Shown piece by piece: positions 37,941 through 50,534 of a DNA stretch of 64,000 bases; positions within the stretch are counted from its first letter, which is position 1; every line of letters begins with the position of its first letter. This DNA comes from Felis catus (Eukaryota). The position numbers were made by a program, and so were the translations under genes. The notes under the pieces are model-generated. The model searched no databases and was not told where the DNA came from. It worked only from the letters and a program-made list of their open reading frames with translations. The DNA is taken from the NCBI RefSeq assembly GCF_018350175.1, contig NC_058369.1, positions 18,354,001 to 18,418,000 on the forward strand. The letters are read 5' to 3'.

Positions 37941-40900
37941 AGGAGCTCCTGGGTGGCTCAGTTGGTTGAGTGTCCAACTCTTGTTTTCGGCTCAGGTCAT
38001 GATCCCAGGGTTGTGGGATAGACACCTGTGTCGGCCTCTGTGCTGAGCATGGAGTCTGCTTACGGTTCTCTCTCCCTCTGCCCTTCTCCCCACCTCAAGC
38101 ACATGCACGCTCTCTCTCTCTCTCAAATTAAAAAAAAAAAAAAAACTATAAGAAAGCATGGGCAACATTTTTATAATTTTGGAGTGCAGCAGTGTCTTCT
38201 TAAGCAAAGCACATATAATCATTAAGAAGAATGAGGTCTATCTTTGTGAACTATGTTGAAATGGAAATATCTATTCATTGTTAAATAATAACAGTAAGGT
38301 ACTGCTCGTATGTACACAGTTTACTCCAGGACACATCTTGTGGAGGAGTGTGACCAGTCAGTGAAAATTGGGAAGGGTATCCCCCCCAAAAATGAGAGAC
38401 TGAGGAATCTCTTCTTATAGATGGAGGCTCCCAGACTTTCATCAGGCTTTCACTGGCACAGCAGGGAAAGCAAAACTATGGAGTGTGTAAAAGGAAAATT
38501 ACTGGCCATCATTGCAAAAGCATCAGAATCTCATCTGATGTCAGTAGAGCCCTTGTCAGAACACTAAAATAGAAATGAATAAAAAAGTCATTTTCTAAGA
38601 AAACAGTTATTGTCCAGAATATGGAACTGGATTTTAAATGGCATTGTTATAAAAAAGCTAAAAATATCTGATGTTTACAGCGAAAGCAGAAATGAAATGA
38701 GTCCCCTTCTAAAGGACCACTCATACACACACATATACACACACGAACACAATCTGTAATCTATATATGGATATACACATGTATCAATGTATCCATGCAA
38801 AATCCCAGAAAGTGCTCATAATGTTAAAATCTAGGAAGTGGAACTGAGGTCTGCATGGAAGAGAATGGGTCATTTTTCATTGTATGCCTTTTTATACTGT
38901 TACAGGTTTGAGGGGTTTTTTTAATGTTTATTTTTAGAGAGAGAGAGAGAGTATAAGCAAGGGAGGGGCAGAGAGAGGTGGGGGGACAGAGGATCCAAAA
39001 TGGGCTCTTTGATGATAGTGGAGAGCCTGATGCGGGTTCGAACTCAGGAACCATGAGATCGTGACCTAAGTTGAAGTCGGATGCTTAACCAACTGAGCCA
39101 CTCAGGGGCCACTAAGTTATTTTCCTAAACAATTTTTTTTAATGTTTATTTTGAGAGAGAGTGTGTGTGTGAGCAAGTGGGGGGGGGCAGAGAGAGAGAG
39201 GGAGAGAGAGAATTCCAAGCAGGCTCCATGCTGTCAGCAGGGAGCCCAACGTGGAACTTGATCCCACAAACTATGAGATCATGACCTAAGCCAAAATTGA
39301 GAGTCAGGTGCTTTAAAAATAAATAAATAGTCAAGTGCCACCCAGGTGCCCCTTAAATAAACTTAAAAAAAAAAAGCAATTTTTTAAAAAAGTTTATTTA
39401 TTTTGAGAGAGCGAGGGAGCAGGGGAGGAACAAAGAGAGAGGGAGAGAGAAAATCCCAAGTAGGCTCCACACTGTCCACACAGAACCCGATGCAAGGCTC
39501 AAATTCACGAACCCTGAGATCATGACCTGAGCTGAAATCAAGAGTTGGATGTTTAACTGACTGAGCAACCCAGGCGCCCCAAATTAACTTTGTAAAAGGA
39601 AAAAAAATATATATATATATATAGACAGACTTTGGAAGTAATGAGCTCAATACAAAAAATCCTGTGAAAGAGAGGATCCCAAACATAGGTTTCTTAGGGG
39701 ACAAGGAAAGAACGGGACCACAGATAGATGCTTTCTGAGTACTGAATCTGGAATTGAACACTTTGCTTGCCTTCCTCATTCTCTGCTTTTGTGGTTGGTG
39801 ATGTTTACTGTTGCTAGGAAACATTGCTATTTAGGAATTTATCTAGGATAGGATAATTACATTTGCTTCCTACTACAAATATCTGCAATGATGTCTGAAA
39901 GAATATTTGACTGATTGAGTTTAGGAACAGGAATCCAGTACTTGAAACATAAGTAAACAGCCTTTTTCTAATTGGTTGACATAGGGAATTTAACTTTGTA
40001 TTGAGAAATAGTAGAACATTTGCTTTCTAAAAATTTCTTACTTTTTTTCTTGTGGTAAAATACACATAAAATTTACCATTTCTTACTGTTACTTTGCAAG
40101 ACTACACTGGCTTGTCTATTTCTGTCATAACAGGCTCTTTCTTGCCTCAGAACTTTGCACTTGCTGTTTTCTCTGTCTGAACAACCTTCCCCTAATCTTT
40201 GCAGGACTAGCTCCATTTAATCCTTCTGGTTTCACCTTAAATATCTCCATCTCTGATGATCTTATCTGAAGTAGATGCTCCCCCTCTTATTTTTATTATA
40301 ATCCCTATCATAGCATTTATTACAGTTTTTCACTTATGTTCATGTTTATTTGTTTATTGTCATTTTCTCCTTTTCAAAATTGCAGAATTCATATATGGAG
40401 TAGATAGTTTTGTTCAAGACTGTTTCCATGTTCCTAGCACAGTATCTGATAATAAGTTTCAGATAAAACTGTAAATCTCCAATTAATGTGTTCAAACACA
40501 TCAGGAATTGTTTCATTTTCTCATTAGAGACATCCTGGCTGGAGCTCAGTCTTCCAGCTCTAGACTGGGCAGATTACTCCTGAGGTCCCAGTCTTAGGAC
40601 TTCTCTTCACCATCATTTTGAGGATCAAATTATTTTTTCATCCCCAGTCTTGGATTCCTTTGTTTCCTGGACTTTGGCTTACACTTGTATTTGGTGATAC
40701 ACATCTTCTAGTAGCTTTCTGAGAAAGTATATGGGAGATAACTTTTTTTATACATTGCATGTTTGAAAATCTCTTCTATCTCCACATGGGTCTAGAATCC
40801 TAAGTGAGAAATTCTTTGCCGTTAAAATTTCTAAGGCATGGATCCATTGTCTTCTAGTTTTAGTTTTGTTATTGAGATGTTTGATGCTATTCTTCTTCTT

Positions 40901-41785
40901 GATTCTTTATGTTATCGTACCCCCCCCCCCACTATCCTTTAATGGACATTTCTTGAGCCTCATGTTTTCCCTTGATATGCTTTTTAAAATTTTTTTTAAA
41001 ATGTTTATTTTTGAGAGAGAGAGAAAGTGAACACATGCCTGGGTGGCTCAGTTGGTTAAGTGTCCAACTTTGGCTCAAGTTATGATCTCATGGTTTGTGG
41101 GTTTGAGCCCTGCATCAGGCTCTCTGCTGTCAGTGCAGAGCCCGCTTTGGATCCTCTCTCTCTGTCTCTGCCCTTCCCCTGCTCATGCGTGCTCTCTCTC
41201 TCTCTCAAAAATAAATACGCATTTTAAAAAAATCTGAAATGTAAGACTCCTTTTAAGAAGGTAATTATGTTTTATTTTAAAGAGAAACTCTTAAGTAAAT
41301 CACTTAAACTTTATGAGATACCATGTGGTAAATTCCTGTCTTTGGCTGATAAGAGAAGACAAAAGACAGAATAATTAAAACATGGGGAACTAACAAAGCA
41401 CCTATCAGAGTGAGGGAAGTTTTCAAGTAAGATCTAATTTGGGTTTATTATCCTGTCTTTTCAAGCACCAGATGTTACTTTGGTTTTCCTTACATTTATT
41501 GTGAAGAGTTAAGTACTCTCTTGTTACCAAATTGTTTTTCACCCATCTAAAATAAAAACATTTTGTCAAGAATCTTGAAACACTCTTGGGGCGCCTGGGT
41601 GGCTCAGTCGGTTGAGCGTCCACCTTTGGCTCAGGTCATGATCTCACACTCTGTGAGTTCGAGCCCCGCGTAGGGCTCTGTGCTGACAGCTCAGAGCCTG
41701 GAGCCTGCTTTGGATTCTGTGTCGCCCTCTCTCTCTATCCCTCCCCTGCTCATGCTCTGTCTCTCTCTATCTCAAAAGTAAATAA
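37941..41785. mobile_element. SINEC copies at about 37941 (+), 38915 (-), 39133 (-), 39380 (-), 41036 (+) and 41587 (+)
   Basis: SINE bodies; the copy at 41587 has the TSD AAGAATCTTGAAACACTCTT. Confidence 0.8.
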
Positions 41786-42024
41786 AGAATCTTGAAACAC
41801 TCTTTATATATATAAGAAGATAAAAGGAATATCTGGTGTATTATTCCAGATTATTTGTAAATTGTACTTGCTATGCATTTAAGATGTATGTGAACTTACA
41901 ACAGTTTATAGCATATAGTAGATACCCATCAAGTATTTGTTGAATAAATTTAAGAGCATCTTCACATGAACTGCCATTTAGAAGAGGATGACAATAATTG
42001 ATTGCAACACAATGTGTTATTAAG

Positions 42025-42025
<1 letters not shown>

Positions 42026-42071
<46 letters not shown>
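42026..42071. repeat. (TG)n microsatellite
   Basis: Direct observation. Confidence 0.95.
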
Positions 42072-42073
<2 letters not shown>

Positions 42074-42924
42074 CAAATCTCTTTATGCCAGAGAGAAGAA
42101 TCAGTATCAGTCCTGAGTGGTTAGCACTCAGGTCACCAAGTTCATTACAGCCCAAGTGTAAAGAGGGGATACATAAGTGGAGGGTGATAAGTGATGGTAG
42201 AGCACACACATGGTGCCAGCAGCAGAGAGAAGGAGCCCCCAAGCCAGCCAGGAAATGCTGTTTTTCAAGGAGGGGACTCCTGAGAGAAGGAAGAATGGGA
42301 ATGAGTTGCACTGAGGTGGTGGCTGAGGGGAATGGGTAAAGTTGACCTGGGTAGAAGCAAGGATAGATTCCAAGCCAAGGGAACGGCATGCACAAGGCCA
42401 GTGGCGAGAGGGAGATTGCTTGGGAAACAGAGCTCAGAGATGTGGAGGTGGATAGAGAAGGTAAGAGGAAGTGAGCTTGGGTCTTGATGGCCAATTTAAA
42501 GATTTGGACTTCATCCAGTGGCCAGTGTGGTGCCATTGAAAGTTTCAGCAAGGGTTTCAGAGGATGCATGATCATATCTACATTCTTGAGAGAATACTCT
42601 GATGATGGGACCAAGAAGGTGGGCCAAGGAGGAGGTTGGCGCCATCATCTAGGCAGCAGGTTTCAGGGTCCCTAGGAGGTGCTGAGATTGAGTCTGCCTT
42701 GGCCAGGATGTTCTCAGGGAGGGAGGGAAGAAGAGACAGTGGAGGAACTGCCCTACTCTGCTTTCTCTCCTCACCAAGGCTGATCTAGTAGAGTTCTGGG
42801 CACTAGCAGAGCAGGCTCAGGTGCCCCATGCCAGATTCTAGCTCCTCCCTCTCCACACTGTGGTCTGGGAAGGGTGAGGCATGCCATAGTCTTCGTGAGG
42901 TAATTGTCATTTTTCTGTATTTAG

Positions 42925-43028
42925 TGCAAGAGACTGTGCAGGCCCAGAGTGATCTGCTGTTGGGAACTGTGCATGACAAAGGCAACATGGAGCAGGTTAT
43001 CCTCGAGATACAGAAGAGATTTGAAGCT
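42925..43028 (+). CDS. IHO1: IHO1 coding exon 6 (QETVQAQSDLLLGTVHDKGNMEQVILEIQKRFEA)
   Basis: TTTAG acceptor, GTAAGT donor, 104 nt, phase-consistent. Confidence 0.95.
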
Positions 43029-43065
43029 GTAAGTGTGGATCCCAACCTCTTTCCTCAAGTATGTT

Positions 43066-43168
43066 GTGTTTTTAAAAAATTTTTAATTATTTTTTTATGA
43101 ACCTGTTTTATTTTTTATTTTTTTAAATTTACATCCAAATTAGCATATAGTGCAACAATGATTTCAGA
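43066..43168 (-). mobile_element. Extremely 5'-truncated L1 (about 40 nt of 3' end plus A-rich tail)
   Basis: The reverse complement resembles the L1 end at about 25598-25650; 13-bp TSD CCTCAAGTATGTT at 43053-43065 and 43169-43181. Confidence 0.8.
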
Positions 43169-43490
43169 CCTCAAGTATGTTTTTGGTTTTGTCACTAAGT
43201 CCCAGAGAGACACCTTTAAAGTTGCAATTTTTTTCAGCCAAGAACAGAAGCCAGACAGGACTTCTTGTAATGGACCAAGGTAGAGGCCAACTTCCTCCTC
43301 AAAGGTTCTCCGGCATGATGTGGGGCCCAGGGGCCCTACTCCAGAGTGTTACCATGCTTCCTCTGTAAAGCACCCAGCAAAAGACAAGCTGTGGTTCTGC
43401 CAACACATCCTTTGGTTGGTTTGCACATTTCACTGTGCATTCAGAGTTGCAGTGTCCATAACTCTTTTCTTTCTCGCTGTCTTTCCCTAG

Positions 43491-44630
43491 AGACAAGCAG
43501 AATTTATAGAAATGAAGTCCGACCTGAAGCACCTTGAAGTTTTAGTTGCCCAGCAGAGTAAGGACTTCCAGCAGCTGTGTGAGCAGCTAGGCCAGCTGAA
43601 TGTGGCCAGCGTCCTAGCAGAGCTGAAGAGATTGATTTCAGTCCCTCAGGTACCTGGGCATGTGAAAGACAGCACTTCCCAGACCTCACTACCTCTGGCC
43701 CAGAGCCTCAGTTTCACCAGGCAGGACAGATATGCCTCTGAGGAACCAGATACGTGGCAGACTCAGGCCATCCCTGCTGTCTGGAATCTTAGTATGGGCT
43801 CCCTGCAGCCTGGGGAGTTTGCTATCTATACTGAGGGAGCAAAAAGTGATGCTCTCCAAGGAGAGGCTGTGCTGATGGCCGCTGGAACCGGCAAAAGAAG
43901 CAGGCGAGTAAAGGACAAGGCAGTGCAGACCAACTGCCAGAATTGGACTCTTAATAAAACCAGCCTTGAGAATCATGGCTCTGGTTCCCCAGGCCACAAA
44001 GTTCCTTGTGACTGGAGCTGGGTTTCCCAAGGAGCCTCAAGGTTTATACCCCTGGACTTTGAATCCAGCATTAAGAACACTTGCCAAAAAAGTCAAGCTG
44101 AAGGTGTGCTTTCGTGTGCCCCTTGTGAACAAAGGCTGGTGACTGCACAGAAAGGCAGAACTATGGAAAGAGGGGGGAAAGGCAAGAAGCAGCAGCCCAG
44201 GAAAGCCTGCAGAAGCAGGCTCCTAACCAGGAAGCAAGAACAAACCCCTAGCAAAACCTGTGCTTTCAATTCTAAATATCCTCAGCTTCCAGTTTCTGGC
44301 CCACAAAGGCTCCCCCTGGAGCAGCAGGAACCCTTTGCTCAGTCCCTGCATCTGTGGGGCTCCAGGACTCCCACAAAACCAGTCATCCCTGTTCTGAGAG
44401 CAACAGTCATGCCCAGTAAGACAGTGAGGGCAGCACAGGAGAACATCTTGCAGCTCAGTGGGCATTCTTCCAAAGACAACAGCCTGCTTTCTAAAAGTTC
44501 CCTGGGGGACCACCAGATGAGCTGGTTCAGTGACCTCAACCTTGGAAGTTCAGAGTCCCCTCTGTGCAAGGATCCAGAGAAGAATATGCTCTATGATCTG
44601 GGTTTTGACAGCAGTGATGATGGCTTTTGA
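43491..44630 (+). CDS. IHO1: IHO1 last coding exon (RQAEFIEMKSDLKHLEVLVAQQ...LYDLGFDSSDDGF*)
   Basis: TTTCCCTAG acceptor; 1140 nt open to TGA. Spliced CDS is 1776 nt = 591 aa, with a coiled-coil followed by a low-complexity tail and the conserved C-terminus. Confidence 0.97.
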   Translation, partial: RQAEFIEMKSDLKHLEVLVAQQSKDFQQLCEQLGQLNVASVLAELKRLISVPQVPGHVKDSTSQTSLPLAQSLSFTRQDRYASEEPDTWQTQAIPAVWNLSMGSLQPGEFAIYTEGAKSDALQGEAVLMAAGTGKRSRRVKDKAVQTNCQNWTLNKTSLENHGSGSPGHKVPCDWSWVSQGASRFIPLDFESSIKNTCQKSQAEGVLSCAPCEQRLVTAQKGRTMERGGKGKKQQPRKACRSRLLTRKQEQTPSKTCAFNSKYPQLPVSGPQRLPLEQQEPFAQSLHLWGSRTPTKPVIPVLRATVMPSKTVRAAQENILQLSGHSSKDNSLLSKSSLGDHQMSWFSDLNLGSSESPLCKDPEKNMLYDLGFDSSDDGF

Positions 44631-45479
44631 CCAGCCCACAATCTGACTTCAGCTGATAGTTTATTGGTCTCAGCTGGAAAGACAAATTCTAGAACACTGG
44701 GGCTGGCTAACAGCAGAAAGTCCCTGAAGCCTGATTGGAGCCCTCAGGCTCAGAGGGCCTGCTAGGGGGGGTGGTGGTCAGTGTAGGACAGGTGCAGGGC
44801 AGGGGAGTAGCTCTGGTGTTCTGGGTACCAGGTGCTGCCCATGACAAACATAAGGGATAATTGCATCCTTATTTATTGGAGTGAAGCACGTGGAGACGAC
44901 AGTGATGAGCTGGAGCAGCAGCCTGGGTGTAGGGTATCAGGAGGAGGGTGCTGATTTGGGTGAAAGGAGGACTGGCCTCCATGTGGAATACTGAGTGGCA
45001 GAAGGGCTCTCACAGAACTGTTGCTGTGGCAGCAAGACTCCCAAACATTTTTGGTCTTCACGGTATTTCCTACACCTGACCAATACCTATCCAGGCCTCG
45101 GGATTTTTAAAATTATTTTTATCCAGTTTTACTGTCAGAGCACTTGCATGTTTTGATCAGTGGACATATTACAGGACACACTGTCTTCTTGTGAACAGAG
45201 AAACAGAGAATGTTAAGCTGCCAATGAAAAGAGGTGACGGGCACCCAATAAATTCCCAGAGCACCACTGTATACAAGCCACACAATCCCATTTTTCGTCC
45301 TGGCTGTTTTTCCTATGCTGTTTGCAACCACCCTTCAAGCTAATGAGAGCATCTAAGGGCCCTGTATTATTTCCAGAGAGCAATAGGCTTATTTATGTGA
45401 GACGTTGGCTGTCTATTCATATCTTGCAGAAGTTTTGAATTTTTGTTATACATATATGTATATTTGTTTTATAACAAAA

Positions 45480-45485
45480 AATAAA
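45480..45485 (+). terminator. IHO1: Probable IHO1 polyadenylation signal (alternative AATAAA at 45247-45252)
   Basis: AATAAA with an upstream TGTA and a downstream T-rich tract, about 850 nt after the stop. Confidence 0.6.
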
Positions 45486-45556
45486 AATTTTTAAAAGCAT
45501 ATTTTTTTCATTATGTTTATTGAACTGATCTCCCAACAACTTAAGAAAATCAAATA

Positions 45557-47660
45557 GGGTGCCTGTGTGGCCTAATCGGCTGAGCTTCCGACTTTGGCTC
45601 AGGTCATGATCTCACAGTTCGTAAGTTTGAGCCCCACATCAGGCTCTCTGCTGTCAGTACTGAGCCCAGATCCAGCTTCAGATTCTCTGTTCCCCAGTTC
45701 CCCTTTCTGCCCCTCCCTGACTCGTTCTCTCTCACCCTCTTTCTCTCTCAAAAATGAACATTTTTTAAAAAGAAAATAAAATGGATAAGACATATACCAT
45801 CTTTTTATTCCATAGACTTCGCCCAAATGATTTTGAATAAACACCACCCTATTCAGACTAGTTTCCTTTTTCTTTTCCTTTATTATTTGAAAGTAAAATT
45901 CCTCACTGGATGGATTGGCTTCCAGAATTTGCCCATTTTCAAGGCAATGCAGTAAATGACACTGGGACCTCTGAGTGGACCATTATAGAAAGCAGTGGTT
46001 CTTGATTTTTATTTTCATTCTTTATTTTCAAGGGAACGTATCCCACAAAAGTTTGAGTTTAATTTGCCCGCAACACCTTTGGCAACCTAAGCTGCTCTTA
46101 TTCCCGTTTCCAGACCAAGGGCCTCCTGTGACCTGTGGCTGGGATCCTCAGGCAATGACAGCAGCCCAGGAAGTACAGACTTGGACTCTGCCTACGACTG
46201 CCCTGGCCTTTTCTCCCCCGTGAGCCTCGCTGCATGCCTGTTCACCCTGCCCTCTGCCAGTCTCTACTGCCTTCCATACTAGTTTTCTCTGCTTATACAT
46301 GGGAGGAATGGGCCCAGCCATGCAATGGGCTCCTTCCAACCCGTCTCAAACTGACTACAGGTGGCTGTTGAGCGGTTAGCATGAGGCTTGTAGACCAGAG
46401 GGGTTTGTATCTGGAAATCTTTTATTACTCTAAGCTGAAAAGTTTGGTCATTTTAACTCAAAGTTGAGATCCTGTTAAGAGAATTCCATTAATGTTTATG
46501 ACTATGGCCTTCTCATCGAAGGGTCTATCCAATTTTGAAATGCCAAAGCAGGGGGCGCCTGGGTGGCTCAGTCAGTTAAGCGGCTGACTTTGGCTCAGGT
46601 CATGATCTCACAGCTTGTGAGTTCAAGCCCTGCATCGGGCTCTGTGCTGTCAGCACAGAGCCTGGAGCCTGCTTTGGATTCTGTGTCTCCCTCTCTCTCT
46701 CTGCCCCTCCCCCGCTCACACTCTGTCTCTCTCTCTCTCTCAAAAAATAAACATTAAAAAAAAAAAAAAAAAAGAAGAAAGAAAGAAATGCCAAAGCAGG
46801 ACCCTCTGTTCTTTTGATTCTACTGTGAGTTATGAAATCCTGTATTTCTTCAGAAGTATTTCATTTTGTGTTATGAAGTCAAAGATCAGAGTGACTCAGT
46901 GTTCCATGAGCTGGGTGTTTTTGTAGAATGAGCAGTAAATTTATCTCCCAACAAGGCTGGGTTAATTAAAATTACACTGCCTGTCTCTGGTAATCATCAG
47001 GAAAGGATATTCTGTTTCTTATTTTATTCCTAAGGCTTTTTTTTTTTTTTTTTTTTTTTAACTACTGTGTTCCTGCCAGAATTGGTGAGCGTGACATAGC
47101 CCAGGCACATCCCCAGAGCACACGATGTTTTGCTCTTTGGATGCTGATAGAGATGTGGCTACACAGGGGCAGCTATAGTGGGAGGTCTATGGACCTAGGG
47201 CCCAGATAGCCACCTAGGGGCTCCTCCCTCTGATAATCACTCCAGCTACATCTGAGGATGGAAATAAAGCCAACCACAGCACCTAATTGTCTTGACATTC
47301 AAGTATCAATCAATAAATTTTCAGAGAGAGAACAGCAAGCGAAGGACAGAGAGAAGGAGACAAAATCCCAAGCAGGCTCCAAGCCATCAGCACAGAGCCC
47401 AATGCAGGGCTCAAAGTCACCAACCATGAGATCATGACCTGAGCTGAAATCAAGAGACGCTTAACCGCCTGAGCCACCCAGGCACCCCTCAAGTATCAAT
47501 TTAAATGTCCCCTACAGAGAGGTGTCTGGGGGGCTCAGTCAGTCAAGTGCTCAACTTGATTTCGGCTCAGGTCATGATCTCATGGTTTGTGAGTTTGAGC
47601 CCCACATCAGTGCAGAGCCTGCTTGGGATTCTCTCTCAAAATAAATAAACTTAAAAAAAA
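45557..47660. mobile_element. SINECs at about 45557 (+), 46551 (+), 47310 (-) and 47520 (+)
   Basis: SINE bodies; the copy at 46551 has the TSD GAAATGCCAAAGCAGG. Confidence 0.85.
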
Positions 47661-50534
47661 TAATGTCACCTACAGACAGACCTTTTCCTGACCTCTTCTG
47701 TAGGAGCTCACCCTACTCACTGCCCATTCCCTTACCCTGTTTTAATTTTCTCCTACAGCTCCATCTGAAATGGCATATTGATGTGCATACTTGATTTGCC
47801 TGCCTTGGTGGGCGGAATAGAAATCCCAGAAGCAAGATCGGCATCTGCCTCATCCCAGTTATATCTTCAGCATCCAGGAGAGTGTCTGACCTTAGTAGAC
47901 ACTTGACAAATAGTGAGGGCAGGGATTGCTTGCTTAACATTTGAAGAGCTCTTTGCAGCCTGTCCCAAAGTCAGGTCTCTCTAGCATTCCTTTGCAACTT
48001 TCCTTTTTTGTGTTTTGTCTCAGAAGCTCCAGAGGTCTCCTGATGAGGGGTCTCCTGCAATATGCTCTCTTCTCTCCCAGGCCAGGTACCAGCAACCTCT
48101 CTCCACCCGAAATGCCCAGAAAACAACAGGCTTTCTGCCTTCCAAACAGTTGCTTCCTACAACGGATGAGCAATTTTGAAAAAATTTTCATGCTAGGCCT
48201 TAGGCCAAAACTCTTCATCAAATCAGGCATCCTCCAGTTGGCCAAGCACAGAAAGTCCTTCCCCACTAGGGCTAGGATCCATTGTCAGGTAGATTTCCTA
48301 AGTAAAACTTTGTCCACTCTATAAATATTTTAACGGAATATAAAATATTAACATTCTCCCACATACTCCAGGGAGAAAGCAAATTGCCAGAGCTTCAGAT
48401 AGTCTTGGGATGAAAGTCTTGTCAATTGTTATCTACGGTCAGGTGCAGTGGCCTCCCTGGTTCGCATGCGCTATTCACTGGCTACTGCCATATTAAATGC
48501 CCTGTGCTTTAGTTAGAGGAGGTAGCATCCTGGTACCAGGTGAGCCCCCAGCTGAGCCATTCAGTAAGAGGAAGATTGGCCTGAATTAGGCCTCTTTTGC
48601 AAATCCTCTTCCTCAATTTCTTTGATCACTGACAGCTCACAACTTCTCTAGTGGGAGGATGGTGTCGCTGTCCTATCAGCACATTCCTGGATACACAGGT
48701 GAGAGACACAGGGCCCCAGGTTTTGTTGCCTTCTGCCTGGTCTCCTGATCCCCTTGCGTTCTCTCCTGGGATTAGAAGTGGAGGGTCCAAGGAGCCAGGG
48801 CAGGTGGGCCAGGAGGTGGCTCGGCTCCCCTATTCCCCGAGTGAAGGGAGCAGGAGGCAGGGGGAGGGGGACCTGGAGACCCGCAAATGAGAAGGCAGGC
48901 CCCAGTGCCTGACTGAGCTGGCTGGAACTCAAGAGAGGGAGAGGCATACTAACCGGAAGTTCTCTCAGAACTCAACCTGGCAAGATTTCAGACTCTGATC
49001 TAGACCCATGTGGCTAGACAGCCATGCCCAGTAATGTGGAGAACATGGCAGTCTGGATGAGGCTGAGGGCAGGGTCAACACTTCCAGCCCTTGAATTGTC
49101 CTTTTGAAATAATCGTTGCTCTGCTCTCAGGCCTCAGCTGTGGTTCTCTGCTCCCTGCTGACCTTCACTCAGCCATTGGCTCATCTCTCTCCTTTCTCCT
49201 ACCCCTTCTTCCTCAGCCTGCCCTGCCTGCCCTCCCACAGGTCCTAGTAGCTTCTGTGAACCAGCTCCTGCCTTACAAAGTCTACAAATAGAGCTGCATA
49301 TAGAGCTGGTTTCTAGTGGCTTCGGCATGGACACTGGTGGGACGCAGCCAGGGGACCTGAAAACCTCTTACAGGGCTGGATGGGCCCAGCTTCTCACGTG
49401 CCTTGTGCTGTGGCTTGAATTTGCAGTTTGCAACTAGTAGGTTCCAAAGCTCCTATTTATTCTTGAGGTTGCCTTGTTTCTATTTTGATTCTGCTAATCC
49501 AAAGCACAGTTTGGTGTTTCCACGGAAACAATTCAGTGATTGTTTAGTTTGCCAAGATGAGCTGCGGGGGAGAGAACCAAATGACGTAAAACATTTTTAG
49601 TTTCTCAAATAGGACTATCATTGTCTCAAGAAGTTGTTGGTCCCAGCCCCCTGCAAACCCAAGGAAATATTCTAGACTCCTTTTCCCCTTCTAGCTAAGT
49701 CTCTAGAGACCCATTCCCCAAACCCCTGCTGTGTGCAGATAAGCACACATCTGCCCAGTAAAGCAGATGACAAAGGCAGGAGGGTCTCCTTAGGACACTC
49801 AGGAAGCCAGGGATGCAGAGACAGGAGTCCATGTCACAAGGGAAATGACCATATGGCTGCTCCTGCTAATCTGGGACTGGAGAGCCAGAGGCTCAGGGCT
49901 CACCTGCTTTAACTGAACAAGCTGTGTTCCTATAGTGAGGAAAAGCTCCTCATCCAAGGATTCAGGGTGAATTACCCCTCTGGCAAATTTGAAGTTTTAC
50001 AGAAAGGTTTAGCTAAAACAGTGGTGTATCTGTCTGGGGGCATGGAGAGCTGGGTCTCCCCCACCCATGCTGAGCCTTGTTCTCAAGGACCACAGTCTCC
50101 TCCACAGGCAGAAAGTCCTCTCTCTGCAATCTTCTCAGGTTGGAGCGAGGCCCCCATTCCCAGAAACCACTCCCTGTACAAAGACACTGGGGGAGCGTGA
50201 ATGGAGACCTAGAGCTTCTGGTACCGGGGATCAGGCGACTCTCCTGCCAAGGCCCTGTAAGTCCTCCCACTGTGGGTCCGGTTTCTGCTCCAGTTTCTGG
50301 GAACTGTGAAGGTCAGCTGTGGGCAGTTAGCTGGTGAGGGATACCCTCAGCTGGCTGGTGGAGTTGGGGGTCTTAAGAAGACATACATGTCCACTGCAGA
50401 AAAATTAGAAAATATGGACAAGAAAAAACAAGACAAAAACCCCTTGCCTTCCATAACAATGTCCTGTATATGCTGTGCTCGCACACATTTATACAAACTT
50501 GGGATCAATTGCACTTTCAAAAAATAAATACATT

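Noticed and set aside
41871..42614. 247-aa minus-strand ORF
   Set aside because: Runs through a (CA)n repeat and L2-like intronic sequence, antisense to IHO1, with no recognisable domain
43689..44569. Antisense ORFs within the IHO1 last exon
   Set aside because: Shadow frames of a real CDS, with no independent support
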